From Lama glama (taxonomy: Eukaryota), in the NCBI GenBank assembly GCA_028534125.1, contig CM052816.1:5954001-6018000 (forward strand): a stretch of 64,000 bases of DNA, in the 5' to 3' direction. Below are positions 23,986 to 36,486 of the stretch, one piece after another. The position numbers and the translations under genes were made by a program. The notes below the pieces were generated by a model that worked only from the letters and a program-made list of their open reading frames with translations, was not told where the DNA came from and did not search any database. Each line of letters opens with the position of its first letter. The first letter of the stretch is position 1.

Positions 23986-26900
23986 TATGAACCACTCACA
24001 CATTTATGAATTATATGCTGGCTGGAGTGTAGCTTTCTCAAGAGCAGGGCTGTAGCTACATTCGAGTGAGAGTAAATAAATAAATACGGATCATGTCAAA
24101 TGAGGAAATTGACTAACTACTAGTCTAGGACTCTTTTAAGGCTAAATTATTCAGGAAAACACAAATGGGCCAAGGAAGAAAAATAGTAAGCTAACAGACT
24201 AGTGACATCAGCAGAGAGTTTGCCAAAGCCCTGGAAATGAGTGATCAGCCGTGGCTATGAGAAAACTCCTCAGCTTTGCAGGCTTCAGTGTCTTGACCTA
24301 TAAAACGGACACAGCGGTCACTGCAGTGAGAGTTAGTGGCATGAGTGGGAAAGCCCCCTGTGAGTTCCTGTAAGATAGAGCGAGTGATCACAAGTTCATT
24401 AATCACGTGTCCTGTGGGCAAAGAGGTGATTGCGCCTGGTCGGGCTGGGGTGTGATGCCTGCTGGACGGGGCGGGTGGAAGAGGACCCGCCACACTGTCT
24501 GCGGCCACCTGCGTGCTCACCAGTTAAAGTCAAACATGGTCAAACCTTCCCGAAATCCAATGGAGCACCTTTGCTTCCCCACTGTAGGTCAGCAGTGGAT
24601 GGGCTGTGGGGAACTGGACAGGAACCCTCAAGAAAGGGATTTCTGTTACTCCCTGGCTTTAGTCTTAACCCTAAGCAGAGGCTTAACAGCTCTGGGTGTA
24701 TCTGTCACCTTTGGAGAGCATCTTTAGAACAGCAACCTCTCCTGGCTGTCAGCAAGGAAATCTACAGAAGTTACTCAGACAGGGAAAGAGCTGCTTAAAT
24801 TCTAGGGATATGCAGCAAAGCCGCAAAGGTTTCAATTCCTACTGGGCCCATCAGGTCTCAGGAATAACTGACTGTCCCTCTTTTTACAATTGAAGAAATG
24901 GAGGCCAGGGGAGAAGTGAACTTGATATGGGCATACAATAAGATTGAGAACTAGGCTCCCAGCTTGATTTCAAGTCTTCAGATCTTCAGTTTTAAAATTA
25001 CTTTTACCACCATCTGCTTCCTCTCTGCTTCACTTCATAAACTGCATCATTCTGCCTCCCAGCCAGCTGTCTTTCCAGAATCCCATTGTCAGGAATAGGA
25101 TGGAGCAAGAGGGAAGGCATCTTGAATGAATAATGCATTATGTACAGTACTCACCAGACTGAACCTCTCAAAGCCCCAGATCTTTTCTTTTGTGACCTGA
25201 AGCCATATATCCCAGAGGTCCAGAGAAAAGACCAGCTTCAGACCAACCTGGATTGAAACATCTGCCCTTCTGGCTAAGATTTATGTTAATTTGGGCAAAA
25301 CACTTATCCTCTCTGAACATTAGCCATTAAATACTGTCACCACATTTATATCAAAAACATGAAGCAAAGCACAGCATCTTAACACATAATAGGTGCCCAG
25401 TAAACACTCATGACAGTGAATCGTCCATCACTATCCTCCTGGCTACAGAGCTGACCTGTCACTCTCCTGTCTCCCTCATCACAATATTGGTAGATCTAGT
25501 CGATTCCACCCGACTCTGTGGGCAGAGTCTTCCATGAGACAAAAGGAACATATTTCTTCCATCAGCATCTCTTTATTTTCATCACACATCCAGGTGTATC
25601 AGTTCTATATTGTGCCAACAAGTCGGGTGTGCTGTCCAATCTAAGGTGAAGAGAAAAATGGGGACATTTAAGATGTTCTGTCTTCTCATCAGGCCTGGGA
25701 AGTGAGGGTTTGGGGATTTCTTATCCCCACACGGGCTCTATTCCCTTCCCATTAATAATGCTAAAGGGAGTGGGGTTACTTACACACACAGTCCTTCTTT
25801 CAACAGTCACTGAGTACCTCCTGTCTAGACTCGTGGGTTCTACTGCTGGAAGTAACGGTTGTTGAAGAAAACAGACCTGGTTTATAATTTCAGTGAGCTT
25901 CCTCTCTGGGAGAGAAAGATGAGGGCAAGTGATTGCACAAGCAATGGTCTAAGTTGCAAGTCACTGCAAATGCTTCCAAGGAAAAGTTTACAGTGTTTAT
26001 TAGCTCATAGGAAGAAAAACCTAACCTGGGCAGGGGAGGGAGGGAGGGGCTCCCTAAGGAGGTGGTGTGGAAGCAGAGGGCTGAAGGATGAAGAGGAGTT
26101 GGGGGGGGCTGTGGGGGGAAGAGTGTTCTGGAGGGGAGATGGCCCAGGTGAAGGCTCTGTGGTGGAAGGAGCTTGGTAGAGCTGAGGTGAGGAGAGGGCA
26201 AGGATCTAAGGCTGGCACGGTGGGTGGGGACTCCATTCCACTGGGATGTACAGGTCATGTTAAAGGGGAGGCTGGATACTTGCAAGAGGAGGATATCAGA
26301 GGGCTCTCTAGAGTGACATGATCTGGGACTTTAAAGATGAAAGGTTTCTCTCCCATTCACACTTTACAGATTAAGAGAAAAAGAATTCAGAAAAAGGAAG
26401 AGCTTTCTCAAGGTCAAGCTAGTAAGTGGCAGCAAAGATGTCAACTTGATCTCCCATCTCCAAGTCTAATACTCTTCCTGACATCTCAAAGGGCCTCCCC
26501 CTGCTCCAAGCTTCCTTTGAAGGGGTGAAGGCCTTCATTTGCCTGGGTCAGGTCAGCTCTCATGACCTGTGGGTGGGAGACCATTTCCTGAGAAACTTTT
26601 TTGCAGCTGCCTAGTAGGGCCCACTCGGCTCATAGGGTGATGATGCAAATAAGCCTGAGTGTGTCCCAGATTGGATGACAATCTACCAACTCAATCATTT
26701 CATGGTGATCAGCCTCTAGTGGGGTTCCCAGAATCTGTTTCCCCCAGGTGTCTTGGAAAAGGCAACTTTCCTGTTTCTGGGAAAAGAACCAGAAGACTCA
26801 GGGTTCCTGGTACCCCAGCTTTGCTGAATTCGACTGAGGCAGAAAGAGATGGGGGAGCAGAGCCTCAGCAATGCTTACAGTGAAAGTAGTTCTTCTTTCC

Positions 26901-27467
26901 GAGGCAGGCAGATTGCCAGATTGCTCCCAGGGGATCCCTTCCTGTTCAAGGTGGGCCTTGCTGGCTTCTGCCCAATATAGCTCTTCTCCTGGCAGAGGAA
27001 GGGGAAGAAACACATCCCCTGCCCCACAAACTCCCTCTTTCACAAACCAGTGTTCCCTTCTAGAATCCTGCCTGGCAAGTCCTATCATTCCAAGAGCCTG
27101 CTAGGATTTTACTTAAAGTCCAAAGAATAGAGACACACCTCATCTTTCCTTAGAAGATTCTGTTTGGTTTGTGCCCCTCCCCCTCCTCCTTGACCTAAGC
27201 ATGGGTCCCCCGACCCATTATTCCTACAGCATGTTTAAGGGGGTGCTCTCCACCCTCATAGCTCCATGCCTCCTGGTCTTTCTCAAGCAAACCAGGCAAC
27301 ATCCTTCTTCTCAGGGTGATTCTGGCTCCCCAACGAAGTTGGGGAAAGCATTTTGAAAAGAACAAAAGCTGATTCAAACTCAAAACATTATTATTAAAAA
27401 GAAAAAGTTTCTGTTCGTAAAACCCAGATCCCCTCCCCTGCCCCTACCCACTTACAGATTTCTGTAA

Positions 27468-27522
27468 GTCTACTGTCGATGATTTCATGTCTACTGTCGA
27501 TGATTTCATGTCTACTGTCGAT
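27468..27522 (+). repeat. Perfect 21-bp tandem repeat, about 2.6 copies (GTCTACTGTCGATGATTTCAT)
   Basis: Units start at 27468, 27489 and 27510 with no mismatches. Confidence 0.97.
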
Positions 27523-28225
27523 TCCCAGCCCTGCTGGGAAGTCTTCCCTGAGCTCCCCAATCTCTAAGAATCTCTCTTCCTTTCAACTCCAGAAATACTT
27601 TTCTGGGTCAAGTCACAGCACTGCCTGGGCCTCAGACTCCTCAGCTGCAAAAGGAGTTACACCAGCCTACTTCACAGGCAGTTCAGAGATAAAGAATGTC
27701 AAGAACCCAGAGCCATGGTTGACACCTCAGTGGGCTCTTGGGTAATCGGTACCTCAATCATCTGCTCCCCAGAATTGCTATTTCATGGAGCAGATCTTGT
27801 CTCTGTTGTTCCATCTGGGCAGGACATCCATCAGGGAGTTCTTCTTGGGCCTCTGGTGAGGAATAGCAGGTCCTGAGCCCAAGACAGGCTTGTAGGAAAG
27901 AAAGGCTTAGCTTGGAGCTCCTGCCAACACCCTTACTTCAAATGGTGCCAAGCTGGCCTCTATGACCAGAAAAGGCGAGAGGAACATTCTGCATGTCCAA
28001 TCTCATTGCAGCAAGAGAACACGAGCTGTCTGTCCTCAAAGAGGACCCCAAGGGGCTCTCGGTCTGACTGCCAAGGCAGAGCAGTAGGAAGGATGCCTTC
28101 ATTGGCTTCTCCTGCTGGTGCCTCATTCTACAATTTCCTCTCCATCCTCAGTGAAGGACAAGTCCCCACTTAACAACTGGGGAAACATGAGAGGGATTTG
28201 AAGGAAATGAACTTAAAGCTTCTTG

Positions 28226-28620
28226 GAGAAAGAGAAAGAAAAATACCACGTGATATCATTTATATGTGACATCTAAAAATAAAAGGACACAAACTTATTT
28301 ACAAAACAGAGACAGACTCACAGACATAGAAAATAAACTTATGGTTACTAGAGGGGGAAAGGAGGTAGGGAGGGATAAATTGGGAGTTTGGGATTTGCAG
28401 ATACACACTATTATATATGAAGTAGATAAACAAAAAATTTTTTCTGTACAGCACAGGGAACTATATTCAATACCTTTTAATAGCCTATAATGAAAAAGAA
28501 TATGAAAAGGAATATATATACATGTATATATATGTATATATATGTATGAAATCACAGTGCTGTACACCAGAAATTAACACAACATTATAAATTGACTATA
28601 TTTCAATAAAAAAACAAAAA
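28226..28620 (+). mobile_element. Lineage-specific L1 3' end (ORF2 stop region, 3'UTR, A tail)
   Basis: GAGAAAGAAAAATACCACGTGATATCA...ACAAAACAGAGACAGACTCACAGACATAGAAAATAAACTTATGGTTAC...TTCAATAAAAAAACAAAAA. Confidence 0.92.
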
Positions 28621-28899
28621 TCAAAGTGGCGATAACAACAATACTTCTAAGAAAAATAAATAAATCAAGTTAATTGGGCATCAGAGATATGCAGGCATGG
28701 CTGGAGGTCAGAGTGGAGGGAGGTCCTCCATCATTTGGAAACAGCATGTGGCACCTTACAAAGAGCCTGGAGCTCTAGACTCAGCCTTGCCACTGATTTG
28801 TTGTATGACCCCTGGCAAGTCTCCTTCCCTCTCTGATTTCCTCCTTCTTCCTTCATTTGCCCAGATAAAGGATGAAGGGATTGGATAAGATCACAGGTG

Positions 28900-29270
28900 A
28901 TATAAATTTGGGTGTATTTTGCTTTGCTGGCAAAATGTTTCAAAAAATTTGAATTACTTGTCAGGATTAAACAGTTGAATACTTTCAAATAAAAATTCAG
29001 GTTTCAACTCCCCTTGAAAAATCAGGTTTGGCACTCCCTTCTGGCCACAGGAGCCTGGAGGCGAGTCGTGGCTGCCCCCATGTAGTTGGGATGTGTTCTT
29101 CACTTCCCACGGTCCCCACGGCCCTCCCTTGGTCTCTCCACTATTGAGGCTTTCTTATACATTGTCATTTATCATTACTCTTGTTTTTGTGACACCCTCT
29201 GGGTTTGCTATGCCACAGTATCAATTCAGCTTCTGTGGGCCTTTGGATTTGGGACCCTTGACCTAAGGAT
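28900..29270 (+). mobile_element. MER102-like hAT-Charlie element
   Basis: AAAAATTTGAATTACTTG...AAATAAAAATTCAGGTTTC...CTTGAAAAATCAG...GGCTGCCCCC...CCACGGTCCCCAC. Confidence 0.7.
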
Positions 29271-29309
29271 CTTGGTTAAGCCTCTTGGTGTTTCCTGTTC
29301 TGGAAGCAG

Positions 29310-29530
29310 ACTGTAGAGTCAGTTTACGTGGTCAGACACCAGCATTTCATCCTTAACAGCTGTGTGACCTTGAGCAAGGGCCTTAACCTCATCCAGCCAA
29401 CGAGGGAAAAGCAGCCCGCACTGCATGGTGGTTTGGTAAAGACTAAGTCAGACAATTCTGAAGAACACTTAGCCTTAGATCTGGAAAATTCTAGTGAACA
29501 TTTACAGTAAACGTTAATCATAGTTGTTAG
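29310..29530 (+). mobile_element. MIR SINE
   Basis: CTTAACAGCTGTGTGACCTTGAGCAAGGGCCTTAACCTC. Confidence 0.7.
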
Positions 29531-31109
29531 CAGCATAATCAAATTTTATAAAAATTAGACACTGACTTTTTACAAATCTAGGCTTGTCAGGTCCATTGTA
29601 GGTCCAATGAAACAAGCCCAGTGCTCCTCTTTGAAAGATCTCACAGAATGTTGTCTGAAATAAGCTTTTGGGGCTCTTGTGGCCCCATAGTTCTATGACC
29701 TTCACCAGGGTCTCAGGGCAGACGCACAGAGAGGTCAGGCAAGTGGGTGAGGTAGGCTGGGCACCCTTCTAAAAACGTTCCCACTCAGTCTTTTTAAAGC
29801 CCTGGGCTGCCCGAAAGAAACACCACTGTAGGTCAGCCCAAGTGCTCGGGCTGGCTGCTTTAACCCTCATGGATCTTCTAGGATGGAGGAGGCTTCCTTC
29901 AGAAGGATTGGGCGCTGAGAGGATCTTGTGAAGAAGGTTACAAGGAAGAGATAGGACCTAGGCAAGGCTGAGAAGGGCTTTGTAGGAACTGAACTCTGAA
30001 TACATTCATTTTCATGCCAAAAGTTCCTTTTTCCCTCTCTTATTTATGTTTTTTATAGTTACGTTTATTACAATCCGTGAAAATATTAGAAACTAACACG
30101 GGTCTCTTTACTAAGACATCTAGGTTTTCATGGACATCTGCTTTCTACTCATTGTTAAAAAATCCAGTTTACATGAAAATGGTAAAAAAAATAAAACAAA
30201 CAAAAAAAGCCAAGCAATATCTTAGTGCTATTATGACCAGTTTCCAACTCTTAGGAAAACTGAAAGGGTCTCCGGGCCTCCCAGGTCAAGAGATTATACT
30301 GTCTTAACAGGCCTGCTCACTCTCATGTGTCTTCTGGAATTCCTTATAAATTCCAGTGGGCACCCGGGCAACGAACATTCTATTACTTCGCTGGTTTGTA
30401 AGGTGCAGTTCCAGGGTTAAACATTGCACCCAAACTTAACATTTTTAAACTGTTGAGGCTTATCTTCCAAAAATAGTGTATCATGCACTTTAACAACTTT
30501 CCCTGCCAAGTAAAGGACTCCAAAGCTTTATGTGCTAAGTGTGAAGACGTTAGGTGGGGCTCTTGCTCACTCCTGAAATCGTGTTATTGGGAATCCCAAG
30601 TGAATGCAGACACTGCAAACGCAGGGCCAGGGTCTTTCCTGAAAGCCCCTTTTGCCCCCTCTTTAAATCCCTTTCCTTCTTCTCAAGAAACTTATGCCTC
30701 AGCTTCCAGAGCCATGGCCTCATTTAACATGTTGTAAAGGAAAGTGCGCGAAGCATCAGGTTCCTAGGCTGGCGAATTTTTATTTTTATGTCTTCATTGA
30801 CATAGTTTAACCTTTGCTTTTGGCAGCTAACCTCCTGTTCAAATAAAATGAAGAGAAGGAGGTGGGGCGGGGAACTGGAACAAGATCTTGGTTGGAATGA
30901 TTCTGCTGGTGGAAAAGCATCCTTTCAGCCATTCTTCCCAATGCATTCTATTAAGTTCTACAAGTCTGCATGATATTACTTCCTACATGTGAGGGGACTG
31001 CAAAGGTGCTGCATATACCCCCGATTATGCTTATGATGGAAATAAAAGCCAAGTCTATTATGCCAAAAGATGGACTCAAATCATCCAGTTTTTCTAGAGA
31101 GGATTTCCA

Positions 31110-31320
31110 AGTACAGACTTCTAGTCTGGACTGTATCACTTACTGTGTGATCCCAGGCACACATGACACACAGTCCTTAGACTCCCAGGGTTTCGGTTTC
31201 CAGGACTGGGAAGTGGGAATAATAATAGTACTTCCTTACAGAGTTGTGCAGAGGATCAGATGAGATCATACGTTTAAAGTGCCTGGCATATACTGATTGG
31301 TCAATACATGGGAATATTAT
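31110..31320 (+). mobile_element. MIR SINE
   Basis: CACTTACTGTGTGATCCCAGGCA...GGGAATAATAATAGTACTTCCTTACAGAGTTGTGCAGAGGATCAGATGAGAT. Confidence 0.75.
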
Positions 31321-31724
31321 TACTCTGACAACTGTAACTACTACTTCTACCACTATTCCTACATTTCTGCCAACTGATCTTCCATTTTCTGCTTACATAC
31401 CTCTAGTAACAGGGAGCTCAGTACCTAATGAGGCAATGGATCATTTGGCTGAATATTAAAAAATGTCTTCCTTGGGCATAAGTGAACTTCGTCTCTGTGG
31501 TTTGTAATATCTTCCTTGAGCTCATCAGGCTATCCAGAGAATCTGCTGTGTACCCAGAACTGTGTTAACATTTGGTTGGGGAGATACAGAAAGAAAAAGA
31601 CATGATCCAAGCCTTGGAGAAGTTCAGAGACAGTCTTTAGAGATATGATGAATACACAGAAAGCAGCCCCTGCCTTGGTTGACTGAGCCCCAAAAGATTC
31701 CTCAAAGAGGAGACCCCCAGGCAG

Positions 31725-32192
31725 GACCATGGCCTATGTGCCCTGCATGATTTGTCCCCTGCTGACCCTATTTTAGCCTCCTTTCTATTTCTTGAATCTT
31801 CCCAATGGAGACCCACCTAAGAACTTTTGCACCTAAAGTTCTCTCTGCTTAGAATGTGCTTCCTTAATATTATTTATTCCGGGGCCAGTTATATGCTTTC
31901 ATTTCCATCCCAGGTCAAATATCCCATCCTCCGACAGGCCCTCTCTGAGCATCCTAATTAAAGGATCCGTACCTGCCCAGCAAGTCTCCATCACATCATC
32001 AAGTCTTATTTTCTTCTTGCTCCTTATTATGCTCTGAAATTATCTCCATCATTTACCTATTGACTCAGTTATCACATGCTTCTTCTCAGTCCAAATAAGA
32101 TCAATGATTTTGTCTTATCACCCCATTGCATCCCCACCTCCTGATATAGTACCTGGTACATCAGGGGTGCTCAGTACATATTTGCTGAATAT
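31725..32192 (+). mobile_element. L2 3' end
   Basis: CATGGCCTATGTGCCCTGCATGATTTG...CAGGTCAAATATCCCATCCTCCGACAGGCCCTCTCTGA...GTACCTGGTACATCAGGGGTGCTCAGTACATATTTGCTGAAT. Confidence 0.75.
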
Positions 32193-32749
32193 TCCTTGAA
32201 AGGGTTGAGAGACTAGACTGAATCCCTTCCAAGCCCAGATGCATCATCCAGTCTCCATCTCTCATGCACAGAGCCTTTTCTGCCCTGGAGGATGGCTCCT
32301 CCCCAGAGGGGCTTCCCCTCTGGAGCAGCGGGAAATGGAGCATCGCTGTCTGAATGCAAGGCCACCGAGGCTGGGCCACTAAGCAAATTGTTTTTGATCC
32401 CATATGGCACCTGAAAGCTAGATAGGTTGTATTCGCACCGTTGAAACTGCCCACCGCCTGGCAATGAATTAGTTGTTACCAGAGGTAGCGATGCTCACAA
32501 TCCAATTTGCGATCGGCAGGGCTTACAGCTGCTTCTCATTTTCATAATGTAAGGGAGGAGAAACCAAGAAAACACGAGACCTCGTGCAGGGCAAGACACC
32601 AAGAATGGAGGCAGCCGAGGCCACAAGGAGTCAGATTTAGTTCTGAGCCACACAAAACTTGGAGAGCAAGCTGTAGTGTGGCTAAGAATTTCTTTTCCAT
32701 CCATAGAGATATTTCAAGTTCATCCCCCAAATTTTGACATGTGTCACAG

Positions 32750-32990
32750 GGCGGTGTCTCTTAGTGGTTAAATGCAGGTGAATCAGACAGGGCTGGGCTC
32801 CAATCCTGACTCAACCGTATTAGCTGCGTGATCTTAAACAGCTACTTAACCTCTCTGTGCCTGAGTGTCTTCACCTATAAGATGGGTATAATGACAGTAA
32901 CCACCTCCTAGGGCTGCTGGAAGAATGGGCTGACACAACATAGAAGACAGTCCACAGAGCCAAGCGATCCACGAGTGCTTATGCTATTAG
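32750..32990 (+). mobile_element. MIR SINE, near full length
   Basis: TAGTGGTTAAATGCAGG...AATCCTGACTC...TAGCTGCGTGATCTTAAACAGCTACTTAACCTCTCTGTGCCTGAGTGTCTTCACCTATAAGATGGG. Confidence 0.85.
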
Positions 32991-33059
32991 AGTTGTTGCT
33001 GGGACAACTATTTTTACTATTAGTATTATCATCATCATTATCATTATTATCAACAGCAG

Positions 33060-33215
33060 TTTGGCTTCACAACATCCTGTGAGGTGGGCAGAGCAGAGGT
33101 TACTAATCCAATTTGAAAATGAGGGAACCAGGAAGTGAGGCTCAGAAAGGAAAATGAGTTGCCCAAGGTAACCCAGAAGAGGGTCTGAATGCATGAATTC
33201 CAGAAAGCTGCTCTC
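33060..33215 (-). mobile_element. MIR SINE, tail-to-tail with the previous MIR
   Basis: CACAACATCCTGTGAGGTGGG...GGAAGTGAGGCTCAGAAAGG...TTGCCCAAGGTAAC. Confidence 0.7.
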
Positions 33216-34433
33216 ATCACACAAATATCACCTCCAAGCAAAGCAGAAGGTTTGGGAGTTTGTGCTCTGCCCAAAGCCTCAGGATGTCCCACCACCCCGA
33301 GGCCAGGCTCAAATGACAACAATCCTTAGGGCTGGTGAACATTCCTAAGTGCCTCTTGGGGACTCTGAGCCGGCCAGCCTACACGTGTCCCCTCCCTTGC
33401 AGTGCCTGGCCCTGACTGTCAGTGTCTGGGTATTCTTACGTGTTCTTCCTCATCTGCTTTGTAAAAGCTGCCCTCAAAGGTGTTTCTAATGCTTGTCATG
33501 AATACCTTGATGTGACGAGGTCAACTCGTCTTTTCCCAGGGCTGTGAAACTTAAAACAAAGTTTCACCTCTCCTTTTGAGGAAGGATTTGAAGCAAGATT
33601 GAGCAACAGGGCTGAGGTAGCTCATGAGATGACAGGCGCCCCTTCCTAGAGGCCTGGCCTCCCAGGCGATGGGGAGTCCTGGAGCAAAGATGTGAAACTG
33701 AGTCCTGGAGGGAGGAGCCCAGGAGTTTGAGGTCCACAGGTAGTTCTGCTGTAAAAGACCATCATTTGTGTCTGCCCTCCCTCGCACCTCTGTGAGAACT
33801 GGCATTCTGGAAAGGTGCTCCTCAAAGGGACAGCCTTGTCCGACAATTCAAGACTGGCTGGTAATTCACCCCCGGAACTGCAAGCACAGATGCCTCTTAT
33901 TGTGAGGCAGAAATAGAATAAAGACGACTCAGTCGAAACAAACAACAATTCTCATTAACACAAAATAGGCAAACATGACCCTAATGAGAAAATCTGCTGT
34001 CATTGTTTCTGTTGGCAGACGATCAGCCGTCTCCAGTGTTCCAGGCAGGACGCGACTCATCAGGTTCTTGAGGTAGGGGAGACTCCTTCATTCTCTGACA
34101 TCTGCTCTGGGGACCAACCTACACAAGGTCGCATAGCTGTTAAGGGGAGGAGGGATGATTCAAACCAGTTGGCGGCAGTGGGGTGGATGTCAGCTGATGG
34201 AGAGACTGGGCCAGGGGCAAGTGAGACCAGACCTGCAGAAGGACGGGAGGAGAGGGGGGTAGAGAGGAGAAGGTAGATGAGGGGGGCGCCTTCGCTGGAC
34301 AGATGTGGTGTCTGTACTACGTGAGGAGATCCTGGATGAGGGCCAAGTTTGGAAAATGGCCCCCCAAACTGCAGCCAACAGTCGGGAACCACAGGAACAG
34401 ACTGTTGCTGGAAAGAGAAGGGGACATTTAGCC

Positions 34434-34620
34434 CAGTGGTTGTCAACAGGTGGTGCCTGGACCAGCAAAATCAGCATCATTTGGAAGAGGTTAGAGATGC
34501 AGATATTTGTCTCCACCCCAAACCTATCAAGTCAGAAACTCTGCAGTTGGGCCCATCAAAGCCACGTGTTTACCAACTCCATCAGTGAGTCTGATGCACG
34601 TGGGAGTTGGAGAACCTCAG
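34434..34620 (+). mobile_element. MER5A hAT-Charlie MITE, full length
   Basis: CAGTGGTTGTCAA...GGACCAGCAAAATCAGCATCATTTGG...TCAGAAACTCTG...GGAGAACCTCAG. TTTAGCC on both flanks (TSD remnant). Confidence 0.85.
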
Positions 34621-36265
34621 TTTAGCCCTCTAAGCCTGCACCCCAGATGTTGGGGTTATGATATTGGGGTTGCAGATGTTCAGAGGCTGGGAAGCAGGAC
34701 AGCACTGGTGTAAAAGCTCAAACAGCCTCTGTGTCACAGATTCACTATTTATACACGAGGGGGCACAGGTCATGATTTAAGGGAAGAAAGGGAACAATCC
34801 CGAGCAACCACTAAGTGCTAGCCTCTCTTCTAGCCCCTTCCCTGCATTGGTTCACCCTCTGCGGTAGTATTACTGTCTTCCCTCTTTGCAGATGAGGAAA
34901 CTGAGGCTTTTAAAGCTTAGTTTAGAGTCACGAAGTCGATAAGTGGCTGAGCCCAGAGTGAGTATCAGCTATGCATGAGTCTAAAGCAGCTGACCTTTCT
35001 GCTTTGCTACACCCAGCATCCATTCACTCTCTCTGGTTTCACTGTGATCCTAGACAAATTAGATCTGTATATAGATTAAGAAATGATGTGAAAGATCCTT
35101 TTAATGCATGCATGCCACACACATCCAGGTCACCTGCACACAAACTTATATACACTGTATCACCAGTCATAATAACAGTCCTGCTGAGGTGAATTCTCCG
35201 AGTTCCCTCCCATTAGGTTTTGTAGATCAGAAAAGATTTAAAGGCATTTCTGGGACTGACACAGGATGTTAATTTTTTATATTTTCATGTAACGGTATTT
35301 TGAAACAAAACAAAACATCCTGCAATCTACCACCATCCTATTTCATAACAGAAAAGACACTTGAACAACAAAAAAGAAAAAACACATTATCTCAGAATAA
35401 AGGAGCCCCATAAAATATACATTTTGCATCACTATGTTGGCCTCATTTTTCTGATTTACTGCAGTCACAAAAATATTTCTTATAATGCAGTGATTTGTAA
35501 ACATGGCTCCACAGATTGGGGCCAGTATGGGAGATTTCCTAACCCAACCACATTTGGGGAGCAATTACAGTATAATTTACAGAACAACTTAGCAATTATC
35601 TTATTGATCCTCTCAATCGCAGGGCAGAAATTAGTAACCCTATGGTACGAATAAAGAAACAGTAGCAGGTTTAGGAACCAAGGGACCTTTTTAGTGTAGG
35701 ACATCCCCACTCTTTAATCTCCTCAGGACTGGCTTTGTTTCATAGTGTTGAGTGACTGTTGCTAAAAAGCTAATAGGGCAGGTGGCTTCCATCCTGGCCG
35801 TTCAGTACCTCAATCACAACTAACAAAGTTTCATCCATCAAAATGCCAGTTGTGTACCCGAGGAGACTCTTTAATTTACGGAGCTGTTCTCCAGCCAGAC
35901 CAGGGAAGGAGCGGAGAGGATACTATCCGGAGAAAGCCATGCCTGGCTCCTACCACTAACTAGGGAGAGCATTGTGGTTCGGATTCCAGCTAAAGGGAGA
36001 ATCACAGTGCACAGTTTATAAAATGGCATTGACAGATTCCCCCATTATCATACAAAACCTGTTTCCACTCCACTGTACAAAACCTGTTTCAGGTTTGAGG
36101 CAAAGAGGAAAGGGAGCGACATGTGTCCCCCAAGCTTTACCATCTCACTGAGGGGAAGCCAGCTTGATTCTATACAAGGAACCCTCTCAACAGCCCATGT
36201 ATATTTCATGCAATGAAATATCAGAAGGGACCACTGCCCAGCACTTAGCCAGTGAAAAAACTAGA

Positions 36266-36486
36266 CTGGGGTTTCTCAGTCTCTGCACTATTGACAGTTT
36301 GCACAAGATAATTTTTTGTTGTAGGGGTTTGTCCTGCACATTATAGGATGTTTAGCAGCATCCATTGTTTCTACCTAGATGCCAGTAGTCCCTCAGAGTT
36401 GTGACAACCAAAAACGTCTTCAGACATTGCCACATTTCTCCTGGGGAGGGGATGGAGGCAAAGTCACTCCCAGTTGAGAACCATTG
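36266..36486 (+). mobile_element. MER20 hAT-Charlie MITE
   Basis: GCACTATTGACAGTTT...GTCCTGCACATTATAGGATGTTTAGCAGCATCC...CTAGATGCCAGTAG...GTTGTGACAACCAAAAACGTCTTCAGACATTGCCA...CCCAGTTGAGAACCATTG. Confidence 0.93.

Noticed and set aside
24299..24305. TATAAAA box
   Set aside because: It lies in a MIR core remnant (a variant of CTGTAAAATGG) and upstream of the GC box, which is the wrong order for a plus-strand promoter.
27468..27522. CRISPR-like repeat
   Set aside because: The units are directly adjacent with no spacers, the context is eukaryotic, and there are no cas genes.
28620..28670. Possible L1 3' transduction ending in a second A-rich tract
   Set aside because: I could not find a TSD matching the 5' flank after either A-rich tract.
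32750..33215. Inverted MIR pair as a source of dsRNA or a hairpin
   Set aside because: The copies are too diverged from each other for extended pairing, and tail-to-tail MIR pairs are common.
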